From positions 124,558,001 to 124,622,000 of the forward strand of contig NC_042999.1 of the NCBI RefSeq assembly GCF_006345805.1: a DNA stretch of 64,000 nt. The letters run 5' to 3'. The position numbers and the translations under genes are program-made. The notes below the pieces were generated by a model. That model was not told the DNA's origin, did no database searches, and saw nothing but the letters and a program-made list of their open reading frames with translations. Of this stretch, positions 1 through 13,020 are shown in pieces (within the stretch, counting starts at the first letter, position 1; every line of letters starts with the position of its first letter). This DNA is from Octopus sinensis (Eukaryota).

Positions 1-1550
1 TGCACTGTGCCCAATAAGGCTGCTTTTTGCAAGACATCAATCTTGCATGGGATTTCCAGTTACCTTAAGAAGTCTTGAAGTTTTAATGGGATTGAGCCCA
101 ATGCTCCGATCCACCACTGATATCACTTTTACATTACCCTCTCACATTCCATACAGTCTTGCCATTTCCACTTTTAATTCAGAGTACTTGGTGATTTTTT
201 CAACCTCTTTACTTACAACATTCATGTCATTTGGTATGGCAACATCAATGATCTGACAATATTTGTTTCTCTTATTCAATATGACAATATCCATCCGACG
301 ATGTTCAATTACACAATTTGCCTGAAAATATAATCCCAGAGTATTGTTACTTTTCCATCCTCCTACATAACTTTACTTGGTACATGCTCATACCAGTTCT
401 CTGTTATTTCATATTGGTATTTACGGCATAAGAGCCAATGAAGATACACATTTCTGGATGTCAGAAGTTTTATAGATGTTATACTTCACTGAATTGGTAG
501 CGAGAGCCTAGTCTTGTGCAGCAATGATCAGGCTTTCAGTGGTACACTTCAAATCACCTCGCTCAAGCCATGCCCACAATGCTGTATTATCCTTAACATC
601 CTGTGTATTCCTTTCAAACTGTCCATACATTCTCATTTCAAGAAGGACTTCTTTTTCCTTCTCCTCAGCTCTTTGTTTAAATTCTTCCTTGTCCATCATT
701 ACATCTGCATTTACACCCATATCGTTAACAGCATACTGCAGCAGGTCTTCATCACTATTTATCAAATACTCAACAAGCATTCTCCTTTCACTCCTTATAC
801 AATGGTCTACACTAATTAGTCCTCTGCCACCACTCTTTCTTTTCATATACAGTCTGTTTATGCTTGGTTTAGGGTGATGTGCCCCATGCAGCATCATCAA
901 CATTTTCGTCCTTCTATCCAGTGTCAATATTTACTCCTTAGTCTAATTGAGGATGAATGCACTATATCTGACCACCGCAACTGCCCTGATATTCATTGTG
1001 GTAATCAAATTTTTGGCATTCAGGTTAGATTTCAACACCATCTTCATCCTTTTTTGATACACCTTGCTGACCTTCACTTTCATTTCTCTGCGTAGAATGT
1101 CATCCAGTTCCCAAATCCCTAAATATCTATATCTATACCCACTACCGTCAGTCTGTTTTAAGGAATCTGTCTCTTTTTCATTCTTACTCAAAAGCTTCAG
1201 ATCATCCATGTAGAGTAAGTGGTTAATTTTTCCATTACTATTTCTGAACTGATATCTTGCCTTTGCCTTCCTTAATATTAAACTGAGTGGGATCAAATGT
1301 ATGACAAATATTAAACAAGTACCTCCTTTCTCTTTTGATATAAACTTCCTCTCAGAGTGTGTCACCTGAGTAGAGATCTAATTTCCATTTCTTCATGCAA
1401 CAAATAATTAATCCTCTTATGTTGTCTGTTATATTGAATATACTCAAACATTCACTTATCCATGAGTGTGGGGTCATGTCAAAGGCTTTCTTATTTACCC
1501 ATGCTATTGTTAGATTTTTCTTTCTAGCTTTTACTTCATTTGAAACTAAC
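1..1550 (-). mobile_element. 5'-truncated, decayed Dong/R4-clade (RLE-type) non-LTR retrotransposon: RT plus C-terminal region
   Basis: Broken minus-strand frames give AWVNKKAFDMTPHSWI (1352-1552), NHLLYMDDLKL and YRYLGI (943-1365), HHPKPSINRLYMKRKSGGRGL (508-927) and LQKAALLGT at the window start. Frameshifts and internal deletions are present. The 3' end runs off the window. Confidence 0.85.
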
Positions 1551-1551
1551 A

Positions 1552-1613
<62 letters not shown>

Positions 1614-1626
1614 CATCATCATCATC

Positions 1627-1658
<32 letters not shown>

Positions 1659-1694
1659 CATCATTATCATCATCATCATTATTATTATTATTAT

Positions 1695-1762
<68 letters not shown>

Positions 1763-1774
1763 TTATTATTATTT
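1551..1774. repeat. Compound trinucleotide microsatellite (TTA)n-(TCA)n-(TTA)n-(CTA)n
   Basis: Read directly. It explains the poly-Y/H/I/T ORFs in the track. Confidence 0.98.
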
Positions 1775-2419
1775 AACTAAAGGTGAACACACTCTAAAAA
1801 ACAGCTACAGACAATAGTTCACGAGAAAATATTGGCTCACTTCTTTTTACCATTCCTTTGTGACTTTGTTATTGAAATTATTGAAAATGTGTTGAGAAAA
1901 TAATGTATACTGTAAATGCCTTAAGCAATATTAACTATGAAATGAAATGGAAGACATAATCTATCAATGATTTTATTCTGCTACATTACAACTACACACA
2001 TACATCATACACATATCGTAGGTAATACTTCAACAAACCTTCAGACACTGCACCTCCTCCTTATTTTACTATCAAGTGAAAAGTGCATAAGACTAGACTA
2101 AAAACCACATTCACAATAAACACAGTTACTACTCCACCGAGATTTATGTGAATTAAAAAAAAGATTAGTAACATACATACATATAAATGAGAAGACACAC
2201 ATAAAACAAGGCATAAAAATCTGCCTGTATACATACATACATACATACATACATACATACATACATACATACCCTGTTGTTGATGTTGAAATTCCAATGA
2301 AGGAGCCTTGGATCTAAGTTAGAAACCGGCTCTTTCTCTGTTGGCAAGAAATCTTGAAATAAACTGAATAATGACATACATACATATTTTGAACTCTATT
2401 TTCCCTGTCTACATCACCA

Positions 2420-2435
2420 AACCTACATATATATA

Positions 2436-2498
<63 letters not shown>

Positions 2499-2679
2499 TA
2501 TATATCACTCTTAATTTAAATTATTTATTTCCCAATCACTTGTCTTAAAAATAATATTAAATGTCATAAATGCTGTATCTCTTAAATTCTGTCTTCAATT
2601 TCATACTAGATTTTATAGGTCAGTTTTTCTAACAAATTATATAAAGTGTGTGTGTGTGTGTGTGTGGTGTGTGTGTGTG

Positions 2680-2737
<58 letters not shown>

Positions 2738-2872
2738 TCTTAATTTAAATTATTTATTTCCCAATCACTTGTCTTAAAAATAATATTAAATGTCATAAAT
2801 GCTGTATCTCTTAAATTCTGTCTTCAATTTCATACTAGATTTTATAGGTCAGTTTTTCTAACAAATTATATA

Positions 2873-2905
<33 letters not shown>
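2420..2905. repeat. 229-bp tandem duplication bounded by (TG)n(TA)n tracts
   Basis: The unique core starting CACTCTTAATTTAAATT occurs at 2506 and again at 2735; the about 140-bp cores look identical. Confidence 0.92.
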
Positions 2906-2909
<4 letters not shown>

Positions 2910-3780
2910 CATCCATTTTTGTGTATGTGTTTGTCCCCCATCCCCATTGCTTAACAATTAGTATCAGTTTGTTCATGTCATCAGTAATTCAGCTTTCAGC
3001 AAAAGTTACTGATGTAATAAGTATCAAACTTTAAAAATTAAATCCTAGGGTCCATTTATTTTACTAAACCCTCCAAGATGGTGCCCCAGCAGAGCTGCAA
3101 TTCAATGACTGAAACAGGTAAAAAATAGAAGATAAATTATAGATAATAAATTATAACTTTTGATTTTGTTCCATGCAATATGTTGTATATATGGACCATA
3201 ACAGAATAACAACAACTATTATGGTATAATTGATGTGACATATAATGGCATATTCTAAATATTTTCACATTATTACTATAACACATATTCTTGTATATTC
3301 ATAAGTACTAATTAGTATCCATGGAAATTTCACAGTTATTTTGAAAATTGCATGTTGTAATTGTATATTTTTCTGAAACATTTGATTCTTGAGATGTAAA
3401 AATCCACAATCAATCAATCATTCAATCAATCTATCTATCTATCTATTTACCCATCTATCTATCTGTCTGCATATCTATCTACATATCTACCTATCTATCT
3501 TACTGTCACAGTGCTAACATATTCTATCCTTCTCTCTTTCTTTCTCTCTCTTCACTAACCACTTGACAGCATCTTAGCATAATAACTATTACAATCCCCA
3601 CTGCCTTATGTCACTAATATTCTCTCCCTCTTTTATTCTTGCTCTTCGCCTTTTCCTTCAGCTAATCAGGTGACAGTGTAACGAAATTGGGTGTAATGTA
3701 TTAACATATACACATTCATAATATTATTGTTGTTACAAATTCTGGCTTATTTTTAAATATTATTATTATTGTTATTATTA

Positions 3781-4198
3781 TTTACTCTTTACTCTTTTAC
3801 ATGCTTCAGTCATTGGACTTTGGCCATGCTGGAGCACCGCCTTTAGTCGAGCAAATCGACCCCAGGACTTATTCTTTGTAAGCCCAGTACTTATTCTATC
3901 GGTCTCTTTTGCCGAACCGCTAAGTGACGGGAACGTAAACACACCAGCATCGGTTGTCAAGCAATGCTAGGGGTACAAACACAGACACACAAACACATAC
4001 ACATACATACATATACATACATACATACAGACATACATACATACGACAGGCTTCTTTCAGTTTCCGTCTACCAAATCCACTCACAAGGCATTGGTCGGCC
4101 CGGGGCTATAGCAGAAGACACTTGCCCAAGATGCCACGCAGTGGGACTGAACCCGGAACCATGTGGCTGGTTAGCAAGCTACTTATTGCACAGCCACT
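3781..4198 (-). mobile_element. tRNA-derived SINE, family A (octopus OK/OR-like)
   Basis: Minus-strand head GTGGCTGTG..AAGTAGCTTGC..GGTTCCGGGTTCAGTCCCACTGCG (A/B-box-like), central (CA)n, tail TGACTGAAGCATGTAAAAGAGTAAAGAGT. Homologous copies lie at about 2905-3125, 8612, 29705-29905, 35439, 39830, 40440 and 43864. Confidence 0.85.
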
Positions 4199-4613
4199 AT
4201 TATTATGACACATTATTTAGAGTATTAAATAATATTGTTTTAATATTATATCAATATAACACATGTTCACCAATTTATAAATATAGTTACTGCATTAGCT
4301 CAGTACTGTTGCTGTGACAATGTGACTCTATTTATAAATATGTCTATAATCTACTTATAAATATTGGATTTTTTGCAATAGAAGAAAGGTCACACACTTT
4401 TAGAAGTGGGTGTATAAATGATTGACATATTATGCAACTGGTGCTTATTTGTCATTGATAAATCCCAAGTCTTCATCCATTATGAGCTGAAATACCCTCT
4501 AAAAATAGCAACCAAATCTCCCTCAAAACAGTCTATAATTTTAAAAAAGAAAAAAGTAGAGCATTGAATAATGTGAGTTCAATTTAAATTTGGCATTTAA
4601 GTGGAGCATTGAA

Positions 4614-5507
4614 TAAAGAGTGATCAGCTTAAATTTGACATTTTGCATGATAGGAAAATAAAATACACTATCCCATCCCAAATTAAGTGTTTTAAAAAAT
4701 CAAAAAATATCAATTAGATTATGGGTAGGAGATAACAGTTTACTCAAAGTAGCCACCCACAGCTTCCACCACAGCCTCAAGACAGCTCCAGAACCTGGTG
4801 CATATATTCCTCACTGTGTCCCTCGGAAGATCTTTGAATACCTCCTTAATCTTAGCCACCAGTTTGGCCTTGGTGTTGCAAGCAGTGTGGTTGGTCTCTT
4901 TCTCAACTGTGCCCCACACATGGTAATCCATGAGATTACAATGAGAGGAATTAGGAGGCCAGAAATTGGTGGGTAGTGAAGTTGTAGAAATTCTCCTACA
5001 ACCACTTCTTACTCTTCCTGGGTGTATGACAAAGAGCTAAACCCTACTGCCACACATATGGCCTTCCAGTAACAACCTTCATCAGCCAGGGATTGACTAC
5101 AATCTCCAGCAGCTTCACATAGCTATCTGAATGAGCCTAAGGCCCTGTTCAAAGATTTAGAGTGGCATGACATCACCCTCACTGGAGCCACACCCAAAAA
5201 GTCCATTATAGTGTAGGGGAACTTGGTTTTCATATGTGGGACATGTCTTACTGCTTTTACTGTGTTCACAGATCATAGAACAACTGTCACCAAGTCAGCA
5301 TTTTGATACCCAGCATGAATCATCATGATGCAAGTAACTCTTTTCCAATATTCAGATGGCTTCCAGTCCTCCATCAGCTAGCTTTTTCTTAACTGCAATT
5401 TTAACATTTATACTCTCCAATACTTTTGACTTTTAACCAATAAATTGAGCTATTCCTGAAAAAAAAAGGAGACATGAAATTTGTCCAATTTACCCATACA
5501 CCCTGTA
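4614..5507 (-). mobile_element. Internally deleted Tc1/mariner-superfamily element, DD37D (maT)-like
   Basis: TA-CAGGGTG terminus at 5499-5507 and a degenerate opposite TIR near 4614-4645. The C-terminal frame reads NFWPPNSSHCNLMDYHVWG...LEAVVEAVGGYFE. Spacing from the second catalytic position to the final D is 37 aa if one frameshift is assumed. Confidence 0.7.
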
Positions 5508-6285
5508 TATATACTGAATCTCAAAATAATAGTTGAGATGGTTACAGTTGTAATGTCTTTGATCATACATTGGTCTGCTTGATCAGGACAGTCCTGGGGT
5601 CAACCAACAAGAGTAAACAACAAGCTGCAGCCTTTTACAGTGCCTTGCTGTGGTTGTTGTTTAAATTCAGATCAACCCTTATTCAGCAGACCCATGACAA
5701 AAGATATAATTATGCCATCTTTTTAGGGGTTATACATAAATATGCTATTTAATGTGTCCTCTCCTTTTTTAAGACCTTAGGATGTGGTTCAAGAAAGATT
5801 TGACTGCTATTCTAGCAGGTGAAAATGAATACACAGAGGCTCCCTTATGCTAGTATTTATCAACTTTGCTCACTGAAAGCAAAACAAAATCAGTACTGGT
5901 AGGAATAGAACTCATGATATAAAAGAATGAAAGTGAACTGATGTTTAGTCCAAAGCTCTACCACCTCCCTCAGTAACACTGCTATTATATTTATAAATAT
6001 CATACGACTGTAACATATATCTTAGATTACTGGAAATAGCTTACATTCTAACATTATTATCATCAACGTAATATATTGTTCCTTCTTATTAAGACAAAAA
6101 GTCTGAAACTTTATGGAATGAGAAATTGAGTGGGGTGTTATATTCATGTATTTCTCAAGGGTATTAGTGACATAAATAAAATGAAAGAGAATCAACAGGG
6201 AATTGAAACAGTATATCTCACTAAACTTGGTAGAAGCTTACTTTTACCACCAGTATATATATATATATATATGTATACACCCCCC

Positions 6286-6337
<52 letters not shown>

Positions 6338-6775
6338 CATACATACATCTATATATGCATATTTATATATATATATATGATAAGCATTGTTGCTATGCCA
6401 ACCAGTCTGATTAATAGTTATATATCAAGAGTGATAATAGTGTTATCAATTCTCAGCATTCCAAACTAGAGTCCAAACAAGCACAAGCAGCAAATTAAAC
6501 ACCTAAATATCACAATAACATCTATAGTAGTAGCATTAAATGTGTCAATAGTAAACCTGTAATAACAGCTTATTATGAACACCAGTTGTATAAAATACAT
6601 CATAAAAGAAACAACTACAGCAACAACAGAAAAGAAAAACATAATCACCAAAATGCAAATTTGAATTAAGGACATAAAGAACCTTAACTAAATCCTTGGA
6701 TTGGCCACAAGACTACAAACATTGTGGAAATGATAAAGCACTGACACTTTAACTTTTTGTGTGTCCTGGACATAC

Positions 6776-6838
6776 TTCAAAGGTGTCCATATGTTGGTGA
6801 AGCATATATGATATACATTCCCAGCATTTTTCAACCAC
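6776..6838 (-). CDS. Candidate 63-nt internal exon of an unidentified gene (VVEKCWECISYMLHQHMDTFE)
   Basis: Acceptor TTCTAAGTTATCCAG|, donor GAA|GTATGT, open in phase 0 (a second frame is also open). No recognisable homology. Confidence 0.22.
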
Positions 6839-6904
6839 CTGGATAACTTAGAACTTCTAAAAGGCCCTGTAAAATGGTTGAGTCTTGTTATTGTTTGACA
6901 TACC

Positions 6905-7510
6905 CCACCCCAGGCCAGTCCTGATCAAGCAGACCTATGTATGATCAAAGACATTACCACTGTGACCATCTCAACTATTGTTTTGAGATACAATGTATAT
7001 ACAAGGTGTTTTAGGGCTAAGTTTGATGATTTTTTTTTGTCTTCTTTTTTTTTCAGGAACAATTTGATGTACTGGTGGACAGTCAAAGGTATTGGAGAGC
7101 ATAAAGATTAAAGTTGTAGTTGAGAAAAAGTTAGTCAGTGGAAGACTGGACACCATCCAAATACTGAGAAAGAGTTACTAATATCGTAATGATTCTCACT
7201 GAGTATCTAAATGCTGACATGATGACTGATGCTCCATGCTCTGTGAACACTGTAAAGGCATCCCACAAATCATGAAAGCTGTGATGGACTTTTGGGTGTA
7301 TCTCCAGTGAGGGTGATGTTATATCATTCTACATCTTTTAACAAGGCCTTAGGCTTAATTCAGACAGCTATGTGAAACTGTTGGAGATTGCAGCCAATCC
7401 CTGGCTGGAAGAGGTCATTGCTAGAAGACCATACATGTTGCAGCAGGATTCAGCTCTTTGCCATCCCTCAAGAAAAAAGTCAAGTGATTGTAGGAGAATT
7501 TCTACTAAAA
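6905..7510 (+). mobile_element. Composite repeat-tail + DD37D/maT fragment, inverted homolog of 4980-5610
   Basis: Shares CCTGATCAAGCAGACC..ATGTATGATCAAAGACATTAC, the TATATACA(G/A)GGTGT junction and the region encoding QQDSALCH with the minus-strand copy. Confidence 0.7.
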
Positions 7511-8332
7511 GTCTGAAAACAAGAATTGACATTTAAGACAAACTTATGAATATAAATATGCTGTGGATAACTGAAGGGTTAAAAAATTACATGAGTAGAG
7601 CTTTCTGGTACTAACTCAAAAAAGCCAATTCAGATACTTTTAACCAGTCAAACTCAACTTCCTAAAAGTTTTCCTAACCTCTATTTCTCTAGGGTCATCC
7701 ACTCACTAAAATTTGAGCCAATTATCTTATCACTTAATATAAATGTTACATAAATTAACTATGGTCATGCTTTCACTAATTATTTTAGGTGCCTATGGAG
7801 TCATGAGAAAATATAGACACTCTCTTAGTTCTCCTACTCATAATTCAGTGGAACAACCAGGGTGAAACAGCTGGAGAAGGAGAGAGGTACACCAGCTGGT
7901 ACTCACTTTAGCTGAGTAGACAAGAAATGGAATGAAGTGCCTTGCTCACAGATATAATATGTTACCTACTCCAGAAATTGAACTCGTACACTTATAGCCA
8001 CAAGACCAACATCCTAACCACTAGACCACACATTTTCACATCACCTTTTTAGTTTCAGTTCAAGGACTGCAGCCATGCTGGGGCGCCATTTTATCCATTC
8101 TCCAAGTATGAAATATTTAACTTTTTGTAATTATATTTCTAATAGATTGTCAATGTGCTTCAATTCATTTTGAAAAATAATCAAGAATTTGGAAGGATTT
8201 AGTCAGATAATTCCCTTTTACATTTATTTACATCTATTTCTCTATCAACCTGGGGTTTGAATTATAAATTAAACAAAGGATCTAACATTAAATTATTGCA
8301 GAAAGTTTTAATTTAGATATGGACACTCAATT

Positions 8333-8366
<34 letters not shown>

Positions 8367-8474
8367 TATCAAAATAAGCAACAAGGATATCCAGAGGTAA
8401 TGCAGTACGATCATTTCATGCGACTCCATTTAATTGAACAATGCAAACATTACATCAATTTAAAATGTAGACCA

Positions 8475-8523
<49 letters not shown>

Positions 8524-8536
8524 CATGTATATATAC

Positions 8537-8603
<67 letters not shown>

Positions 8604-8611
8604 TGTATCTT

Positions 8612-8777
8612 TTTATTTGTTTCAGTTATTAGGCTGCAGCCTTGGAGAATTTTGGTCAAATGAATTGACACCAGCTCTTATTTTTTGTAAAGCCTGGTAC
8701 TTATTCGTTTGTTAAACTGCTAAGTTTCAGGGATATAAGCATACCAACACTGGTTGTCAATTAGTAGTGGGAGAAAA

Positions 8778-8808
<31 letters not shown>

Positions 8809-8938
8809 ACAGACTTCTTTCCATCTACCAAATCCACTCACAAGGTCGTAGTATTTGATAATTGCCCAAGGTGCCATGCAGTAGGACTGAACCTAGAACC
8901 ATGTGGTTGGGAAGCAAACTTCTTAATACACAGCCACA
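8612..8938 (-). mobile_element. SINE family A, diverged copy
   Basis: Same head and tail as 3781-4198. Confidence 0.75.
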
Positions 8939-9088
8939 TACAGACAGACAAACAGACAGAGAATTGATCTCAGGCAGGTTAATATCAAAAGATTTAATTC
9001 AGATTTGTTGTATTTGAACTTCAGATCTATATTATCCACATTTGCTATTACCAAACACCAATTCTTCTGTGTTTATTTGTGTACCTAC

Positions 9089-9187
9089 TTGATGTGCTGT
9101 GATGTGCATCAAGTGAAGTCTATATACTTTGATTTCTGGTTTCTTGAAACTGTTAATGTCTCTCGATGACAATGTCTCTATCCTATA
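9089..9187 (-). CDS. Candidate 99-nt internal exon of an unidentified gene (YRIETLSSRDINSFKKPEIKVYRLHLMHITAHQ)
   Basis: Strong acceptor GTTGTTTTTTTTTATGTCAG|, donor CAA|GTAGGT, 33 codons, only one frame open, non-repetitive sequence. Confidence 0.35.
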
Positions 9188-10379
9188 CTGACATAAAAAA
9201 AAACAACTTTGTTTTTCATTTACAGAGTCTAAATATATTTAAATAATAGCCTTGAGAGAGTTTTAATTGATATTGTTGTGATAGATTTGGCACAAATAAA
9301 TTATAAAGATTCACTCTTCCATAAGATGACAGTTTTGATAGTAATTATAATAATATAATGAGCTTGTATTTACCATGAATGAGAGAACATTACGAAAACA
9401 AATTACTAAAAGAAAATATGAGGATTTATGCAGAATCAACATTGACACAAGATCACAAGGCTTCATTGATGCTTCTATCATTCATTATGGCCTCTTAAAC
9501 CTTAACACTAAAAGTCATAAAACCACTCATATTGTGAAGAACTAACTTGTTGCCATTAGAGTAGGATCACATGTTTTAAGGCCAACATTTTTGGACACCA
9601 TATCCATCAATAAATTGATGAGGGCCATGGCTAGAGATATTGATTGATTACTTCAACCAATCATTTAATTTGATAACATTAATCTGATTGGAACTTATGA
9701 ACTGCTGCCCGAGATTACAGGACAACAATGACAATTTAATTTCTTTCAACAGTACAATGACATGATCACTATACACATCAAAGAAACAATCCAGTACCAG
9801 AAGTGTAGCAAAAGGTGACAGTGGGGTAAGTTGTCCCTAGATGTAGGTGTGAAGTGGGTGCAAAATTTCCTCTTGCTTATCCTCTTGTTCATCAAGGTGA
9901 GAGTGGTAAAATTGTCTTTGCCCTTAGAGCTTTGAGAACCTTTACTACATCAACATCCAGTATGTCACCTTCTCTTCACATGAACAACACTCAATGAAAA
10001 TCCCCTCAAAGTATCCTCAGTTACTGATCCTTTGCAAAACTCTAGTGTGATTTACACTGAGTTTAGTTCAAAATTCTGGGGATGTGCTGCAGCTACCCAA
10101 GCCTGGTACTTAATTTATCAACCCCAAAAGGAATATTCCCACTAAAATTACAATCACCACTATCTTCCCCATTATTCCAATCAACATCATCATCATCAAC
10201 TATACTACAAGCCAACACAAGAACTGCCACAATGTAGGTCAGACTACTGGAAATAGTAGCAAAATTACCCTCTATGCATTATAAAAATAACCAACTAGAC
10301 ATATTTAAAATGGAGAACAAAAGACATGAATGGTCAAACATGGAATGACTATCATCATAATTCTGTTGGACAACTATCA

Positions 10380-11230
10380 CCTATACTCTACCAAAATGAA
10401 CTACCACTACCCACACTCATTTTGCTACAATCACCATCACCACCATCACCTCTACCATTTTTACTCTATCAATATGAACTACTACTACCCACACTCACTG
10501 TGCTATGACAAACATTACAACCATTATCATCATTGCCACCATCACCTCTATCACCTATACAATACTAACATGAAATACCACTGCCAATAATCACTGTGCT
10601 ACAATCACCATTGCCACTATAACCTATACTCTAATGACATGAAGTACCACTAACTACACTCAATTTGCTAAAGTTAACATCACTACCATCACTACTATCA
10701 CCTATACTCTACCAACGTGAACCACCACTACCCACGCTCACTAGGCTACAACCACCATCACCACTACTATCACATATACTCTACCAACGTGAACTACTAC
10801 TACCCACACATACTGTGCAACATCCCCATCACTACCACCACTACTATCACTTATGCTCTAACAACATCAACTACCACTACCCACACTCACTGGGCTACAA
10901 CCATCATCCCCACCCCCACTACTGTCACCCATACTCTACCAATATGAACCACCACTACCCACATTCACTATGAAACAATCACCATCATTGCCACTACTAT
11001 CACCTGCACACTTCCAACATGAACTACAACTACCCACATTCACTGTTCTGCAATTACAATCACGACCATCACCACCACCTCACCGCTATGACCTATACTC
11101 AACCAACATGAAGTACCACTACCTACACTCACCATGCTACAATCACCACCACCACAATCACCACTATCTCCTGTACTCTGTCAGCATGAACTACCACTAC
11201 TAGCATTTACTTCAATACAACAATCACGAC
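10380..11230. repeat. Degenerate minisatellite, unit about 72 bp, about 11-12 copies
   Basis: Recurring CCTATACTCTACCAACATGAACTACCACTACCCACACTCACTGTGCTACAATCACCATCACC-like unit. Confidence 0.8.
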
Positions 11231-12595
11231 CACCTCTACATATTCTCATTCTACCTCTACATATTCTCATTCTACCTCTACATATTCTCATTCTACCTCT
11301 ACATATTCTCATTCTACCTCTGCATATTCTCATTCTACCTCTACATATTCTCATTCTACCTCTACATATTCTCATTCTACCTCTACATATTCTTGTTCTA
11401 CGTCTACATATTCTCATTCTACCTCTACATATTCTCGATTCTACCTCTGCATATTCTCATTCTACCTCTACATATTCTTGTTCTACCTCTGCATATTCTC
11501 ATTCTACCTCTACATATTCTCATTCTACCTCTACATATTCTCATTCTACCTCTACATATTCTTTTCTATTCTAAACGTCTACATATTCCATTCTACCTCT
11601 CATTCTCTCTATTCTATTCTACCTGTCTACCTAATATTATTTCATCTAACCTCTACAATATTGTTATTTTCGCGTTCTATACCTCTCATATTCTCAATCT
11701 ATTCTCTTCTAAGAACATTCTACCTCTACAATCTTCTCATCTACTCTCATATTCTCATTCTAAATCTACCTCTGCATATTCTCATTCTACCTCTACATAT
11801 TCTCATTCTACCTCTACATATTCTCGTTCTACCTACTAACCTCTAACTAACCTCTGCATATTCTCATTCTACACCTCTACATATTCTTGTTCTACTACTT
11901 GTTCTACCTCTGCATATTCCATTCTACCTCTACATATTCTCATTCTATCTACCTCTACATATTCTCATTCTACCTCTGCATATTCTCATTCTACCTCTAC
12001 ATATTCTCACTACCTCTGCTATCTCATTCTCTACTTACCACTACATATTCTCATTCTAACTCTACCTCTACATATTCTCATTCTACCTCTACATATTCGT
12101 TCTAATTCTAACCTCTACATATTCTCATTCTACCTCTACATATTCTCATTCTACCTCTACATATTCTCATTCTACCTCTGCATATTCTCATTCTACCTCT
12201 ACATATTCTCATTCTACCTCTATATATTCTCATTCTACCTCTACGTATTCTCATTCTACCTCTGCATATTCTCATTCTACCTCTACATATTCTCATTCTA
12301 CCTCTGCATATTCTCATTCTACCTCTACATATTCTCATTCTACCTCTACATATTCTCATTCTACCTCTGCATATTCTCATTCTACCTCTACATATTCTCA
12401 TTCTACCTCTACATATTCTCAGTCTACCTCTACATATTCTTGTTCTACCTCTGCATATTCTCATTCTACCTCTACATATTCTCATTCTACCTCTACATAT
12501 TCTCATTCTACCTCTGCATATTCTCATTCTACCTCTACATATTCTCATTCTACCTCTACATATTCTCATTCTACCTCTACATATAATCATTCTAA
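11231..12595. repeat. 21-bp minisatellite (CTACCTCTACATATTCTCATT)n with a degenerate middle
   Basis: Read directly. It produces the ILILPLH and RMRICRG 7-aa ORF repeats. Confidence 0.97.
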
Positions 12596-12632
12596 ATCTC
12601 TACAGGAGAAGCCTACATGTAAGCCTCTACAT

Positions 12633-12980
12633 CAGTGGTTCTCAACCGCTTTTCATCTTTGGACCCCTCTTTAATTACTGTTTTATTCTGGTGGGCCCCC
12701 ATAGCCATTCAATGTTTAAAAACTAGTTTTATAGAAACTTCCTTCAAAATCCCTGTTTTGTTTTCCAAACATTCATCTAAGTTGAACTATGTAAAATGGT
12801 GGAGAAAGAAACCTAACTGTTTCTTGAAATACATACCAATACATACAGCTAAAGCAAAATTTTTTACAGGGGCCTTTAAAATACTATTATGGATCCCCAA
12901 TTTACTATTTTGTCATATGGACCCCCTAAAAATCTTATATGGACCCTCAGGAGCCATAATGGACCTGTTGAGAACCACTG
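12633..12980. mobile_element. hAT (Charlie-like) MITE, 348 bp
   Basis: Perfect 14-bp TIRs CAGTGGTTCTCAAC / GTTGAGAACCACTG and perfect 8-bp TSD CTCTACAT at 12625-12632 and 12981-12988. Confidence 0.93.
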
Positions 12981-13020
12981 CTCTACATGCTCATTGTTCT
13001 GTTAGAAATAGCAGCCAAGA

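Noticed and set aside
1395-1817. Poly-Y/H/I/T ORFs
   Set aside because: Translations of a trinucleotide microsatellite.
11134-12590. Long ILILPLH and RMRICRG repeat ORFs
   Set aside because: By-product of a stop-free 21-bp unit; frames break in the degenerate middle.
11231-12595. CRISPR-like regular repeats (also 41888-42420 and 45336-45610)
   Set aside because: No unique spacers, no cas genes, eukaryotic context.
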